DNA of 64,000 bases from an uncultured Chloroflexota bacterium (GCA_937879875.1 CALFMN010000154.1:2071-66070), one strand, 5' to 3'; positions 30,394 to 40,650 are shown, numbered from the stretch's first letter. A program made the numbers and translations. Notes: generated from the sequence alone by a model not told the origin.

Positions 30394-30837
30394 ATGGCGA
30401 GCGACGCGGCGATCGGCGATCCCGTACAGCTTGGATGCGCGGCGGGGCGGCGCGCCCGTACGGAGGACGATGCGGCCGAATTGGAGCCGCCCGCTCGCCC
30501 GGTGCTGCTGATGCGCGCGGCCGTGGCCTGTGCCGCGCTGGCGGACACGTTGCCGGGTCCACCGCGGCACGACCCCGTGATCGCCCGCGAGCGCTTCGTC
30601 TGGGCCTTCGTCCTCGGCTACGAGGAGGGAACAGGGGGCTTCTACAACCGCCTGGAGGGCGGTTCTTCGATCGAACAGGGAATAGACGGAGAAAGCGCAG
30701 GCAGACGACAGTACGCGTGGTCGTACACCCGGCCACGCGCCGTCCCCGCCGCAGGCGCGATCAGGCGTGGCATACGGGCTGTACGTGTGCGGAAGCGCGG
30801 CGTGGGCTCGCCAATCCCCCTATTCCCTAGCCCCTGA
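30394..30837 (+). CDS. Hypothetical protein (about 148 aa), uncertain
   Basis: A GGAGGG ribosome-binding site lies 7 nt upstream. The first about 100 aa are protein-like (DPVIARERFVWAFVLGYEEGTGGFYNRLEGG). The tail runs into a G/C-rich repeat. Confidence 0.3.
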   Translation: MASDAAIGDPVQLGCAAGRRARTEDDAAELEPPARPVLLMRAAVACAALADTLPGPPRHDPVIARERFVWAFVLGYEEGTGGFYNRLEGGSSIEQGIDGESAGRRQYAWSYTRPRAVPAAGAIRRGIRAVRVRKRGVGSPIPLFPSP

Positions 30838-30847
30838 CCCCTGAACC

Positions 30848-31691
30848 CTAGATGAGGCTGTAGCCGGAGCCGGCGCGGTCCACGCCGCCGCCCTGGGCTT
30901 TGTCGATCCAGCCGTACTCTTTGAGGATCTGCTGGCTGCAGGTGACACGGCCGGAGACTTTGTCGTACGGCTCGGTGGCGAGCAGCAGCGCGGCCTTCGC
31001 CATGAGTTCGGGCGGCTCGCCGCGCGGATCGTTCATCCCTTCGACCAGGTGGTGATAGACCGTGCCTGGCGTCGGCACCACCTGCGAGGGTGAGAAGCAG
31101 GTGACGCTGATGCCGTGCTGAAAGACCTCCTGCGCCAGCCCTTGCGTGAAGCGCGCCAGCGCGGCTTTGGAGGCACCGTACATCGTGCCGCCGCGGCCGG
31201 CGTCGGTGTACGGCCCGCGGCCGGGACCGATCGCCGCGCCGGAGGAGATGTTGACGATCGCGCCGCTTTTGCGCGCGATCATCTCCGGCAGCGCGTAGTG
31301 GCTGAGAAAGAACGGTCCGTGTACGTTCACCGCCATCGCCCGCAGTCAGCGGCTGGGCGAATAGTCCACGATCGGCACGTAGTAGTTGAGCGCGGCGTTG
31401 TTGACGAGCACGTCCACCGGACCGTAGGCCGCGCGCGTCTCGTCGATCAGCCGTTTGCACTCATCGTCTTCGGAGATGTTGCAAACCACGGCCAGCGCCT
31501 CGCCGCCCGCGGCCCTGATGCCGTCTACCGTTTGCCTGCATCGAGCCTTCCAGCGGATGGTCGTCTTCGTGCAGCGTGCGCGCCGCGCACACGACCTGCG
31601 CGCCTTCTTGTGCGAACAGATCGGCGATCGCCTTGCCGATGCCGCGGCTGGCGCCGGTGACGATCGCGACTTTGCCATCGAGCTTGCCCAT
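30848..31691 (-). pseudogene. SDR-family oxidoreductase disrupted by two frameshifts
   Basis: Three consecutive frames carry the N-terminus MGKLDGKVAIVTGASRGIGKAIA, the middle VLVNNAALNYYVPIVDY, and the C-terminus NISSGAAIG...YGASKAAL. A GGGAGGG ribosome-binding site precedes the first ATG. Confidence 0.55.
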
Positions 31692-31881
31692 CTCATACCC
31701 TCCCTGGTTGCCGGCGGCGCGGGCGCATCGCAGGACGCCCGCGAACCCCGTTCGGCGCCATCCGAAGGTCACGATAGGTCGCGGTCGGCACGAGCGCAAA
31801 TGCGTGGCGGCAGTGGGCGAGAAATGGGCAAAGCCGCGAGAGCGCCTCTTGCGGCTCTGCCGCCGGCCGGCCGGCAATCGC

Positions 31882-32331
31882 TCAGCCAGGGATGACGCCG
31901 AGTTGGCGCAACACCGTGGCGAAGTCAAAGTAGACCCGCTCGCAGAGCAGACGGTCCTCATCGAACTCGAACAGCGTCGCCACGCGCACGTCGATCGGCT
32001 TGCCCGTGGGCGGAATGCCGGCGAACTCGCCCCGCTGCGTGCCCGTCATGCGCACCTCCGCGAAGATCGCACTCTCCGCGTGCAGCAACGGCGTGGTGAG
32101 TTCGGCGTGCCAGTCGGGGAAGCCGGCGAAGAGGCTGCCGATCAGGTCGTGCACTGCCTGGCCACCCTTCGCCTGGCCCAGCTCGCCCATCGCCGGCACG
32201 TCGTAGCGCGGCGCGTGGAAGGTCTGCACCGTGCCGGCCGGGTCGTGCCGGTTCTCGGCATCCATATGCGCCCGCACGATCGCCTCGCGGCGCGTGCGCA
32301 GGTCCGAGCTGGTGGATGTCGTCGTGGTCAT
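31882..32331 (-). CDS. SnoaL-like ester cyclase (NTF2-like fold)
   Basis: The protein is 150 aa. Sequence is ...RREAIVRAHMDAENRHD...VHDLIGSLFAGFPDWHAELT.... Confidence 0.65.
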   Translation of the reverse strand: MTTTTSTSSDLRTRREAIVRAHMDAENRHDPAGTVQTFHAPRYDVPAMGELGQAKGGQAVHDLIGSLFAGFPDWHAELTTPLLHAESAIFAEVRMTGTQRGEFAGIPPTGKPIDVRVATLFEFDEDRLLCERVYFDFATVLRQLGVIPG

Positions 32332-32460
32332 TGCCTGTTCCCTTCGTTCTGGCATATCGATTGCACGGAAGGCTGGGTGGCGCCGGCCCGGCATGGCCCA
32401 GCGCTGCACGGCCGGCCGCTGTCCAAGCGCTGGGGGTGGTGACGGCACAACCGGCCGGCG

Positions 32461-32895
32461 TCAGGCCGGCGCCGAAGCCGGAATCGCGCCGATCTGCTGC
32501 ACTACGCCGAGCAGGTCGAGATTGAGCCAGGACTCGACGATCTGCCCGCCGGCGAAGCGGAAGATGTAGACGCCCGTGGTGTTCACCTGCCGCCCCGTCG
32601 CCGGCACGCCCATGAGCTCACCCATCTGCGTGCCCATGCCCGACCACCGCACCGCCACGCTGTCGCCCTCGGCGATGATGTCCTCAACCGTGTCGCGGAT
32701 GTCGGGCATGGCCGCGCGGAACATCGCCACCATCTGCTTGTGGCCCTCGCGGTCGAGCGGGTCGGGCGTTCCCGGGATGGCGATGTGGAGCCGGGCGTTC
32801 TCAGCCAGCAGTTCGTCGTGAATGGCTACGTAGTCATCCCCGTTGTGCTCCTCGACAAAGCGTCTCGCGATGCTGATGTTGCGCTCGACGGCCAT
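32461..32895 (-). CDS. SnoaL-like ester cyclase (NTF2-like fold), tandem paralogue
   Basis: MAVERNISIARRFVEEHNGDDY...MFRAAMPDIRDTVEDIIAEGDSVAVRW follows a GAGGAG ribosome-binding site. Confidence 0.7.
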   Translation of the reverse strand: MAVERNISIARRFVEEHNGDDYVAIHDELLAENARLHIAIPGTPDPLDREGHKQMVAMFRAAMPDIRDTVEDIIAEGDSVAVRWSGMGTQMGELMGVPATGRQVNTTGVYIFRFAGGQIVESWLNLDLLGVVQQIGAIPASAPA

Positions 32896-33089
32896 GGCGT
32901 TTCTCCTCGCGCGGCGGCAGCGCCCAGAACCATCGCTACCGGCACTGAGCAGCGTATTCCTGCGGCCTGCGACCGCCATCGCGGAAAGCCATGATTCCTG
33001 CTTGCGCCTGTGCCCTGAACGCGCCAGCCGCCCGGTAATGGAAACCCTGTAGCTGCCATTGCGCGTTGCACCCAGCGCCCGCGACTCCG

Positions 33090-36000
33090 TTAACCCCTGC
33101 CCGCTATCCCCTCGCGCAAGGCGAAGGCGGTGGCGTCGGCGCGGCCACGGGCGCCGATCTTGGCGTACAGATTGGTGATATGCCGCTCGACGGTCGGAAC
33201 GCTCACGACCAGTTCGCCGGCAATCTCGCGCGTGGTGCGGCCGGCGGCGATCCGTCGCAGTACCTCGATCTCGCGCGGTGTGAGTCCGGATGCCGCGTGC
33301 CCGAGCCCGCGCGTCGCGCGGGCCGCATCCTCGGCCGTCTCGCAAGCGTCGCCAAGCTTATGCACCAGCCGCGACATGCCCAGCGTTCGGGCCAGCGTCC
33401 GCGCTTCGGCCAGCAGCGCCCGCGCTCGCTCCGCATCATGTGGATCAGCGCGAGCCAGCAGCATCTGGGCGTACTCATGCCGCGTGTGCGCCAGCCAGCC
33501 GTGGGCGCCCAGCCGCTCGTTCACCAGCAGTGCCCGCTGGAAGTGGCGTTCGGCCACGCTCCAGCGGCGCTGCACGGTGGCGAGCAGCCCCAGATAGCGC
33601 GAGACGGAGCCAAGGTAGACGGGAATGCCCACCATCACGTTCCAGTCCGCGTAGGGCAGCATCTGCGCATAGAGCACGCCGGCGCGGTCGGGCTCGTTCA
33701 ACATCAGGCACAGCTCGGCCAGCAGCGCCGCGCTCGCCAGCCAGGTGAGGTCGCGGCGCACGGCGCGAAAGCCATCGGCGGAGAGCAGCCGCAAATGATC
33801 GCGCGCCTCGCCGGGCCGGCCGCTGTCGGCGCACAGCCAGGCGAGGAAGCAGCGCAACACCGGCAGCGTCGGCGCCAGCGCCCCGCGCAGCCAGGGTTCC
33901 AGCTCGCCGAGCCGGTCCAGCTCGCGCAGCAGCACCATGCGCTGGCCACGCTCATAAATCAATGCGGTGCCGCTGTGCGTCCGCTCGCCGGCGGCGTGGG
34001 CGGCATCGATCAGCGCCCCCGCCTCCGCGAAGCGGCCGTCCAGCAGCGCCTGCGCCGCACGAAAGACGGCGGCGTACCAGCGGTAGAGCGGCTGGCGTGC
34101 GTCCTCGGCAAGGTGAGCAAGGTTCTCGATCTCGGCGTCGGCTTCGTTACGGCGGGCCGCCTCCAGCAGATCGGGAATGCGCCAGCGGCGGCCCTGCATG
34201 GCGAGGTCGGGATTGCCGCTCGTTTCGCCGAGCTGAACGATCTCCGTGGCGGCGGTCAGCCGCTCCGGCAGCGTCGCCGGCTCCCAGATCGCGTAGTGCC
34301 GCGCGTTCAGCGCAAAGCCGAGCGCGGCCACGTCACCGCTGCGGCGGGCCATCGCGACCGCCTCGGCGCTCAGGTTTCGCCGTCGATCCGTTTCCTCGGA
34401 GTACAGCAGTTCCATCGCCAGCCGGCCGAGCACGCGCGCCCGCAGCGCGCTCGGCTCGTCGCCCAGCGCGCTGAGCGCCTCGTCCAGCAGCCGCACCAGC
34501 GGCGCATCGACCTCCCCGACCGTCACGACTGGCCCACCGAAGCCCAACGCGGCGCGCGCCAGCCGTTCGGGCGTCTGCAGCGTCCGTGCCAGATCGGCGG
34601 CCTGGGCGAAGCGCTCGCGGGCCTGCGCCGTGCGGCCGGCGCGGGCTTCGGCCTCGCCCAGCGCGAGCAGAAAGTCGCAGCGGCGCGGCGTGGGGCCGCG
34701 CTCCTGCAAATCCAGCGACTGCAAGGCCAGGACGTACTGCCGGGCTGCCTCTTCATAGGCCAGCAGGCGGCCAGAGCGCTCGGCGGCAAGCGTCGCATAG
34801 GTTATCGCCCGCTCGACCTCACCGCCGGCAGCCGCATGCACGAAGTGATGCGCCAATTCGGCCAGGTGCGGCTCCATGTCCGCGGCGTACCACGCTTCCA
34901 ATGCAAGGCCGGCTTCGCGGTGCAGGCGGATACGGCGCATGCTGGTTAACTCTTCGTAGAGCGTCTCCCGCAGCAGCGCGTGTGCGAAGCGGTAGCTGCC
35001 GGGCGCATCGGGCACGGCGGCGATGATGCGCGTGGCCTCCGCCTCGTCCAACGCCTCGGCGAGGGCGCGGTCGTCCAGCGCAGTCTCGCCGGCGGCAAGG
35101 GCCGCGCGCAGCACCCCGGCGGAGAACTGCCGGCCGATGACGGCGGACATGGTCAACGCGCGGATGCACGCCGGCGAGAGCCGCGCCACGCGCCGGCCGA
35201 TTACCTCACGCACACCGTCCGGGACGCCGATCGTGCGCAGGCTGGCCGCGTCCACCGCCGCGCGGCCGCTTTCGCTGAGATGGCGCAGCACCTCTTGAAT
35301 GAAAAACGGGTTGCCCTCGGTTTCATCATAGAGTGCATGGGCAAATGCGGACTCCGAGCCCGCGGGCGCCAGGTTGCGCAGCACCGCCAGCACGGCATCG
35401 ATCGGCAAGCCGCGCAGAGGGATATGCGCAAACGCCGGCTGCCGGCGCAGCGCCGCCAACGTCTCGCTCAAGGGATGGGCGCGGTCAACCTCGACATCCC
35501 GATACGTTCCCAGCACCAGCAGCGGCGCCGAGGTGAGGTCGCGCGCGAGGAACTGCAACAGCAGCAGCGACGGAGCGTCGGCCGAGTGCAGGTCGTCCAA
35601 CACGAGCAGCAGCGGCTGCCGGGCGGCGAGCGTGCGCAGGAAGGCGGAGACCGACTCGAACAGCCGGAAGCGGGCCTGGTCAGGTTCGAGCGCGGGCAGA
35701 GCGGGCAGATCGGGCGGAGCGCCGAGCTGTTCGCGCAGTTCGGGCAAGAGCACCGCCAGATCGGCCGCGCCCTGGCGCAGCGCCTCACGCAGAGCAGCGG
35801 CATCGCCGGAGCGGACCAGGGTGCGCAATGCCTCGACCCACGGCCAGAAGGCGGGCGCGCCCGCGCCTTCCCAGCAGCGCCCCCAGAGCACGCGCATGCC
35901 GTGTTCGAGCGCCCGGCCAGACAGCTCTTCGGCCGTGCGCGTCTTGCCGATGCCCGGTTCGCCGCCCACCAGCACGATGGCGCCCTGACCCGCTGCCGCT

Positions 36001-36125
36001 GCATCGAGGTATGCCCCAAGTGCGGCCAGCTCACGTTCGCGGCCGACAAACGGTGTGCGCCCGCCGAATCGCTCCACGCTGGCTGCTGCCTCCTGCCACG
36101 GCCGTCGGCCGCCCTGGAATGCCAT
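33090..36125 (-). CDS. Large AAA-ATPase/TPR/LuxR-family transcriptional regulator (MalT/LAL-like)
   Basis: Walker A is VGGEPGIGKT, and the C-terminal LuxR HTH is LTPREIEVLRRIAAGRTTREIAGELVVSVPTVERHITNLYAKIG. Start was chosen at Met70 of ORF 33090..36332, where the AAA domain begins. The plus-strand ORFs 33066..34949 and 34980..36221 are antisense artefacts. Confidence 0.85.
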   Translation of the reverse strand: MAFQGGRRPWQEAAASVERFGGRTPFVGRERELAALGAYLDAAAAGQGAIVLVGGEPGIGKTRTAEELSGRALEHGMRVLWGRCWEGAGAPAFWPWVEALRTLVRSGDAAALREALRQGAADLAVLLPELREQLGAPPDLPALPALEPDQARFRLFESVSAFLRTLAARQPLLLVLDDLHSADAPSLLLLQFLARDLTSAPLLVLGTYRDVEVDRAHPLSETLAALRRQPAFAHIPLRGLPIDAVLAVLRNLAPAGSESAFAHALYDETEGNPFFIQEVLRHLSESGRAAVDAASLRTIGVPDGVREVIGRRVARLSPACIRALTMSAVIGRQFSAGVLRAALAAGETALDDRALAEALDEAEATRIIAAVPDAPGSYRFAHALLRETLYEELTSMRRIRLHREAGLALEAWYAADMEPHLAELAHHFVHAAAGGEVERAITYATLAAERSGRLLAYEEAARQYVLALQSLDLQERGPTPRRCDFLLALGEAEARAGRTAQARERFAQAADLARTLQTPERLARAALGFGGPVVTVGEVDAPLVRLLDEALSALGDEPSALRARVLGRLAMELLYSEETDRRRNLSAEAVAMARRSGDVAALGFALNARHYAIWEPATLPERLTAATEIVQLGETSGNPDLAMQGRRWRIPDLLEAARRNEADAEIENLAHLAEDARQPLYRWYAAVFRAAQALLDGRFAEAGALIDAAHAAGERTHSGTALIYERGQRMVLLRELDRLGELEPWLRGALAPTLPVLRCFLAWLCADSGRPGEARDHLRLLSADGFRAVRRDLTWLASAALLAELCLMLNEPDRAGVLYAQMLPYADWNVMVGIPVYLGSVSRYLGLLATVQRRWSVAERHFQRALLVNERLGAHGWLAHTRHEYAQMLLARADPHDAERARALLAEARTLARTLGMSRLVHKLGDACETAEDAARATRGLGHAASGLTPREIEVLRRIAAGRTTREIAGELVVSVPTVERHITNLYAKIGARGRADATAFALREGIAGRG

Positions 36126-36221
36126 GAGTATACCGAGCGCCGCGCCAACGGCCGCGCAACGCCCCGTATACTCGAAGCGCAGAGCGTACGCGGCCGGCGG
36201 CGCGCACGCGGGAGCAAGACG

Positions 36222-36773
36222 ATGCCGATCAGCTTCGAAACCTACGCGCGTGTGGCGCTGGAGGATACGGATGAGCAGTGGGAGCTGGTCTGCGGCCAGT
36301 TGCGGCAGAAGCCGCCGATGACGATCGAGCACGACGGATCGGGATGGCGGCTGACCACGCAGCTCGTGCGGCAGCTTGACGACCGGCGATTTCTGGTGAG
36401 CCAGGCCGCACGCGTCCGAATTTCCGCGTCCAACTTCTTCATCCCCGACCTCTGCGTGATTCCCATAACGCTTGAGCGCCGGATCCGGCGCGAGCGGCCG
36501 CGCGAGCTTGCCGTGCTGGACGAACCGCTGCCGCTGGTCGTCGAGGTCTGGTCGCCATCGACCGGCGACTACGACATGGAAACGAAAATCCCCGGCTACC
36601 GCGAGTGCGGCGATGCCGAAATCTGGCGTCTCTACCCATACGACCGCACGCTGACCGCCTGGCGCCGCCAGCCGGACGGCAGCTACGCGGAGACGCAGTA
36701 CACGGGCGAGGTGATCGTCGAGCCGGCGTCGCTGCCCGGCGTGCGCATCGATCTGGCCGCGGTGTTCGCGTAG
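36222..36773 (+). CDS. Uma2-family (DUF820) putative restriction-endonuclease-like protein
   Basis: MPISFETYARVALEDTDEQWELVCGQL...PDLCVIP...LVVEVWSPST is the typical Uma2 layout with a PD-(D/E)xK core. Confidence 0.65.
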   Translation: MPISFETYARVALEDTDEQWELVCGQLRQKPPMTIEHDGSGWRLTTQLVRQLDDRRFLVSQAARVRISASNFFIPDLCVIPITLERRIRRERPRELAVLDEPLPLVVEVWSPSTGDYDMETKIPGYRECGDAEIWRLYPYDRTLTAWRRQPDGSYAETQYTGEVIVEPASLPGVRIDLAAVFA

Positions 36774-36933
36774 GGCGGAGGGCGCCGTGCTCGATGCCGC
36801 GTTGCGCGTGCCGCCGAAGGCCCGCCTGGCTGGGCCTCTTCGCCCTGCGCCCTTTGCCCTCCGCCCGATATGCTAGAGTGTGCGCTCAACCGGCGCCCGC
36901 GCCGCGTGACGCCCGCCCGCAGGAGGCTCCGCC

Positions 36934-38037
36934 ATGACCACCGCAGCGCTGCCCCGCTCGATCGAGGCGCTGACGTCCGCATTCCTCACCGATGCCCTGC
37001 GCGAGGGCGGCGTGCTGCCCCGCGGCAGCGTCGCGGCCGTTTCCAGCGAGCCCGTGGGGCAAGGCGTGGGGCTGCTCTGCCAGCTCGCGCGGCTGTTCCT
37101 GACCTATGACGGCGCCCCGGCCGGCGCGCCCGCCACGCTGATCGCCAAGATCCCCTCCGGCGACGAGCAGACCAAAGGTCTGGCGAATGCCTTCGGCTTC
37201 TATGCCAAAGAGGTGCGCTTCTACCGCGAGCTGGCCGCGCGCGTTTCGCTGCCGTCGCCCGCCTGCTACTACAGCGCCCTCGAAGAAGCAACGGGCGATT
37301 TCGTGCTGCTGCTGGAAGACCTGGCGAGCGCCCGCATCGGCGATCAGCTCAGCGGCTGCACGGTCGAGCAGGCGGCGCTGCTGCTGCGCGAGCTGGCGAA
37401 ACTGCACGCCGCCTGGTGGAACAGCCCGCAACTGAACGCGCTGGACTGGGTGCCCAATTCGGGCTCGCCCATCAACAAGGCCGGCCTCACGCTCTATCCC
37501 ATGGCCTGGCCGAACTTCGTCGAGCGTTTCGGCAAGGAGACGCCGCCCGAGCTGCTGCGCATCGGCGAGCGGCTGGGTGAGAACGTGAACGCGATCCTTG
37601 ACCGCTTCTGCGCCGGCCCGAAGACGCTCTGCCACGGCGACTACCGCGCCGACAACTTCTTCTTCGCCGCGGAAGCGGGGCAGCCGCCGCTGCGCGTGAT
37701 CGACTGGCAGATCGGGTTACGCGCGGTGGGTGCCTTCGACGTTGGCTACTTCCTGACGCAGAGCATGGACGTGCCGCTGCGCCGGGCGCACGAGCTGGAG
37801 CTGCTCGGGCTGTATTACCGAACGCTGCGCGAAGGCGGCGTGCAGGACTACCGCTTCGGCGACCTGATCACGGATTACCGCTGGACCGCGCTCTTCTGCT
37901 TCGCCTATCCGGTGATGGGCGGCGGCCTGGCCGACCTCACCAATGACCGCGGCGTGGCGCTGGCCCGCGCGATGATGCAGCGCAGCGCCGCCGCCATCCT
38001 CGACTGGCAGGCCGGCGAGCTGCTTGACGAGGTATGA
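36934..38037 (+). CDS. Phosphotransferase-family protein (APH/EcKL-like small-molecule kinase)
   Basis: Brenner motif is LCHGDYRADNFFF and the DFG-equivalent is VIDWQ. The protein is 367 aa. Confidence 0.8.
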   Translation: MTTAALPRSIEALTSAFLTDALREGGVLPRGSVAAVSSEPVGQGVGLLCQLARLFLTYDGAPAGAPATLIAKIPSGDEQTKGLANAFGFYAKEVRFYRELAARVSLPSPACYYSALEEATGDFVLLLEDLASARIGDQLSGCTVEQAALLLRELAKLHAAWWNSPQLNALDWVPNSGSPINKAGLTLYPMAWPNFVERFGKETPPELLRIGERLGENVNAILDRFCAGPKTLCHGDYRADNFFFAAEAGQPPLRVIDWQIGLRAVGAFDVGYFLTQSMDVPLRRAHELELLGLYYRTLREGGVQDYRFGDLITDYRWTALFCFAYPVMGGGLADLTNDRGVALARAMMQRSAAAILDWQAGELLDEV

Positions 38038-38069
38038 GGGCAGAGGGCGGAGGGAATCACGTCTACGCC

Positions 38070-38696
38070 CTACGTCCTCCGCCCTTTGCCCTCGCCGAGG
38101 TAGCTCTCGATCACGTCGGCGGCGCGGGCATCGCCGGGATCATTGCGCTCGCGCAGCTTCGCGATCACGTTGCGCCTCATCTCGGCCGGGCCGAAGGGGC
38201 CGGTCTTGAACTTCACCTCGCGGGCGAGAATCTTCAGCCGCACCACACCCAGCCGGCGCAGGCGCGGACCGTAGAAATCGCCGTCGGCGATCGGCGTGTA
38301 GTTGGCGCCCGGCTCATACGTTGCCACCAGTCCGGCCAGCGTCTGCGCCACCTCGGCGGGATCGGTGCAAGTCTCGGCTTCGCAGAAGTACTGCACGGCG
38401 CGGAAGTTGAGCGTGGCGCGGCCGCCGTCGGCCGGGTCCACCCAGTCGTGGCGCGAGAAGGCGAGGAAGTCGGAGACGAGAAACGTGGCCAGTGGCCGGG
38501 CTTGCAGCGCTTGGAAGACCGCGTCCTCTTGTACGGCGTGCAGATCGATCGTGTCGCCGCGCTTGACGAACGGCAGGAAGCTGACCTGCGGAAAGCCGTC
38601 CGCCGGCGTGGCGATGAGCTGCCCGTGGCGCTGCCCGGCGACGAACGCCTCGATCGTGGCCTCGTCTTCCACCAGATAGCGGTCGGAGCGATACAT
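38070..38696 (-). CDS. FMN-binding negative transcriptional regulator, PaiB family
   Basis: MYRSDRYLVEDEATIEAFVAGQRHGQLIATPADGFPQVSFLPF is the PaiB N-terminus. Confidence 0.7.
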   Translation of the reverse strand: MYRSDRYLVEDEATIEAFVAGQRHGQLIATPADGFPQVSFLPFVKRGDTIDLHAVQEDAVFQALQARPLATFLVSDFLAFSRHDWVDPADGGRATLNFRAVQYFCEAETCTDPAEVAQTLAGLVATYEPGANYTPIADGDFYGPRLRRLGVVRLKILAREVKFKTGPFGPAEMRRNVIAKLRERNDPGDARAADVIESYLGEGKGRRT

Positions 38697-38909
38697 CGCG
38701 GCCCTCCCTGCTGAGCGTGAAGCCAGCGTAGCAGGATGAATGGCCCGCTCGCAGTGCCAATTATGCTGCCATTGGTTGGGCCAATGGTCGGTGAATGTCG
38801 AACAGGTTTTGAGGCCGCGGAGCCGACGACGCCGGCCGATGGCGAGCGGCGGGCGATGAACAGCGACGTGCAAACGGATTCACTGCTCGCCATCGGCCTC
38901 CTTCCGCCC

Positions 38910-39899
38910 TCACTTCATCGCGTAGGCGTTGAGCGGCGAGCCGACGGCGCCGGTGAAGGGCAGCGGCGGCGCCACGAACAGGAACTCGTAGACGCCGTCC
39001 TGAGCGCAGTCGGCGGCCAGCGCCTCGAAGTCGAAGATCTCGCCCACCAGCAGGCCCATGCTGGCGATCAGGATCAGGTGCAGCGGCTGGAAGCAGTCGG
39101 GCGTCTCGTTCGGGCGCACCTCCATGCCCCACGTATCCGTGGCGATGCAGGCGATCTCCGTGTCATGCAAGAACTGCGCCGTCTCCAGGCAGAGTCCAGG
39201 CGCATCGCCGCCGGCGTAGCTGCCCCAGCCGCCCTGCGCCCGGCACTGCGCGATCTGGCCCGTGCGCACCAGCAGCGCATCGCCGCTGCCGAGCGTGACG
39301 CCCGCGTGGTGCGCGCAGCCGAGCAGATCCGCGCTGCTGACCGGCGTGCCCGGCTCCAGCCAATCCACGCCTTTGAAGCGCGGCAGATCGAGCAGCACGC
39401 CGCGCGTGGCGACTTTGCCGGCCAGCTTCTCGATGCCGTTCACGGTCGCGCCGCCGGAATGAACCAGCGCCATGTCGCGGCCGTTGTAGGTCTTGCCCTC
39501 GACGAAGATGTGCGCGAGGCCGTCCCACTGCGTGCCGCACTGCAGCGGCATGGTGATCACGTCGTCGGCGTAGCGCAGACCGGGGATCTGATCCTGGGCG
39601 CCGGCCGCGGCGTCGGCGCCGCTGGCGAGCATCAGGTGGATGGGGTTGAAGCGCCGGCCGCCGCGCTGCGGGCCGTCGGCGTCGTAGGGCAGGGCGCAGG
39701 CGATGATTTTGCCTTGCTTGACCAGTGCGGCGGCATCTGTGATTTTCTGCGGCGTGATGAAGTTCAGCGTGCCGATCTCGTCATCGGCGCCCCAGCGGCC
39801 CCAGTTGCGCAGCCGCCGGCCCTCTTCCAGCACAGTTCGCAGCGTCCATGTCTTCGTCGTCACGATACGCCTCCTGCCCGTAGTGGTCGGACGGTGCAC
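38910..39899 (-). CDS. Cyclase-family protein (kynurenine-formamidase-like metal hydrolase)
   Basis: GTQWDGLAHIF resembles the HxGTHxDxPxH cyclase motif. The protein is 329 aa. Confidence 0.65.
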   Translation of the reverse strand: MHRPTTTGRRRIVTTKTWTLRTVLEEGRRLRNWGRWGADDEIGTLNFITPQKITDAAALVKQGKIIACALPYDADGPQRGGRRFNPIHLMLASGADAAAGAQDQIPGLRYADDVITMPLQCGTQWDGLAHIFVEGKTYNGRDMALVHSGGATVNGIEKLAGKVATRGVLLDLPRFKGVDWLEPGTPVSSADLLGCAHHAGVTLGSGDALLVRTGQIAQCRAQGGWGSYAGGDAPGLCLETAQFLHDTEIACIATDTWGMEVRPNETPDCFQPLHLILIASMGLLVGEIFDFEALAADCAQDGVYEFLFVAPPLPFTGAVGSPLNAYAMK

Positions 39900-40154
39900 A
39901 TGGTAGGCACGTACGCATCTGGCCGCAAGGCGGCGTGGATCAACTCAAACTCACGTCCTCTCGGCCCGATACTCGCGCTGATCGGCGCCACGATCGCTGC
40001 TTGAAAGCAAGCATAGTAGCAACGATTCGCGCAGGCGTTGCAGCGTCCATCCTCTAGCTCTGCAGCCGCGCTGGGGAGGTTCTCCTCTGCCTTCGCGGCG
40101 AAGGCCGCGGCGCGGCCGCGATAGAGTGGATTGACGGCCGGGCTGCCGGCCTGC

Positions 40155-40612
40155 CTATCCGCTCGCCTCTTGTAGTTGCTGGAGATGGCTGCGCCAGTGG
40201 CGGGCGATCATCTCCAGCCGCTGGCCGGCGCTCAGCTCACGGCCGTCGGTGAAGCGGAAAACGACCGCATCGAGATCCGGCGCCGCGTGCGCGACGCGCG
40301 GCAGCCGTGACGTGGCCTGCCGCAGCTGGGCCGCGATCTCCGCCGCGCTCTCGCGGCACGGGTCCGCAGCGCCGCGTCGTTGATCTCGTCGGCCGTGCCG
40401 GAGATCAGCCAGGGCAGGCCGCTGTGCGCCGCCGAGGCGATGCCCCAGGCCGTCGCATCGTGCCAGTAGGGAAAGTGCGCCAGCACGTCCCAGGCGCCCC
40501 AACGCTCGACTCGCGCCGTCGATTGCCGTCCCGGTCCCTCGAACTAGGCGAGCGTCTCCTGCACGGTAGTTTCGAGCGCAGCGATGAGTGCTTCTCTGGT
40601 CTGGTTGTTCGT
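40155..40612 (-). pseudogene. ClbS/DfsB (DinB-like) family gene disrupted by two frameshifts
   Basis: MTNNQTREALIAALETTVQETLA, then VLAHFPYWHDATAWGIASAAHSGLPWLISGTADEINDAALR, then a C-terminal segment lie in three frames. It is adjacent to the degenerate MITE copy E. Confidence 0.45.
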
Positions 40613-40650
40613 CATTGCGTCCTCCTGCGCGTACGGAAGTATAGCGCCCG

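Noticed and set aside
33066-36221. Plus-strand ORFs 33066..34949 (627 aa) and the 5' part of 34980..36773
   Set aside because: They are antisense to the AAA-LuxR regulator and are Arg/Ala/Gly-rich with no motifs. Only the 3' end (36222..36773) of the second ORF encodes a real Uma2-family protein, starting at an internal Met.
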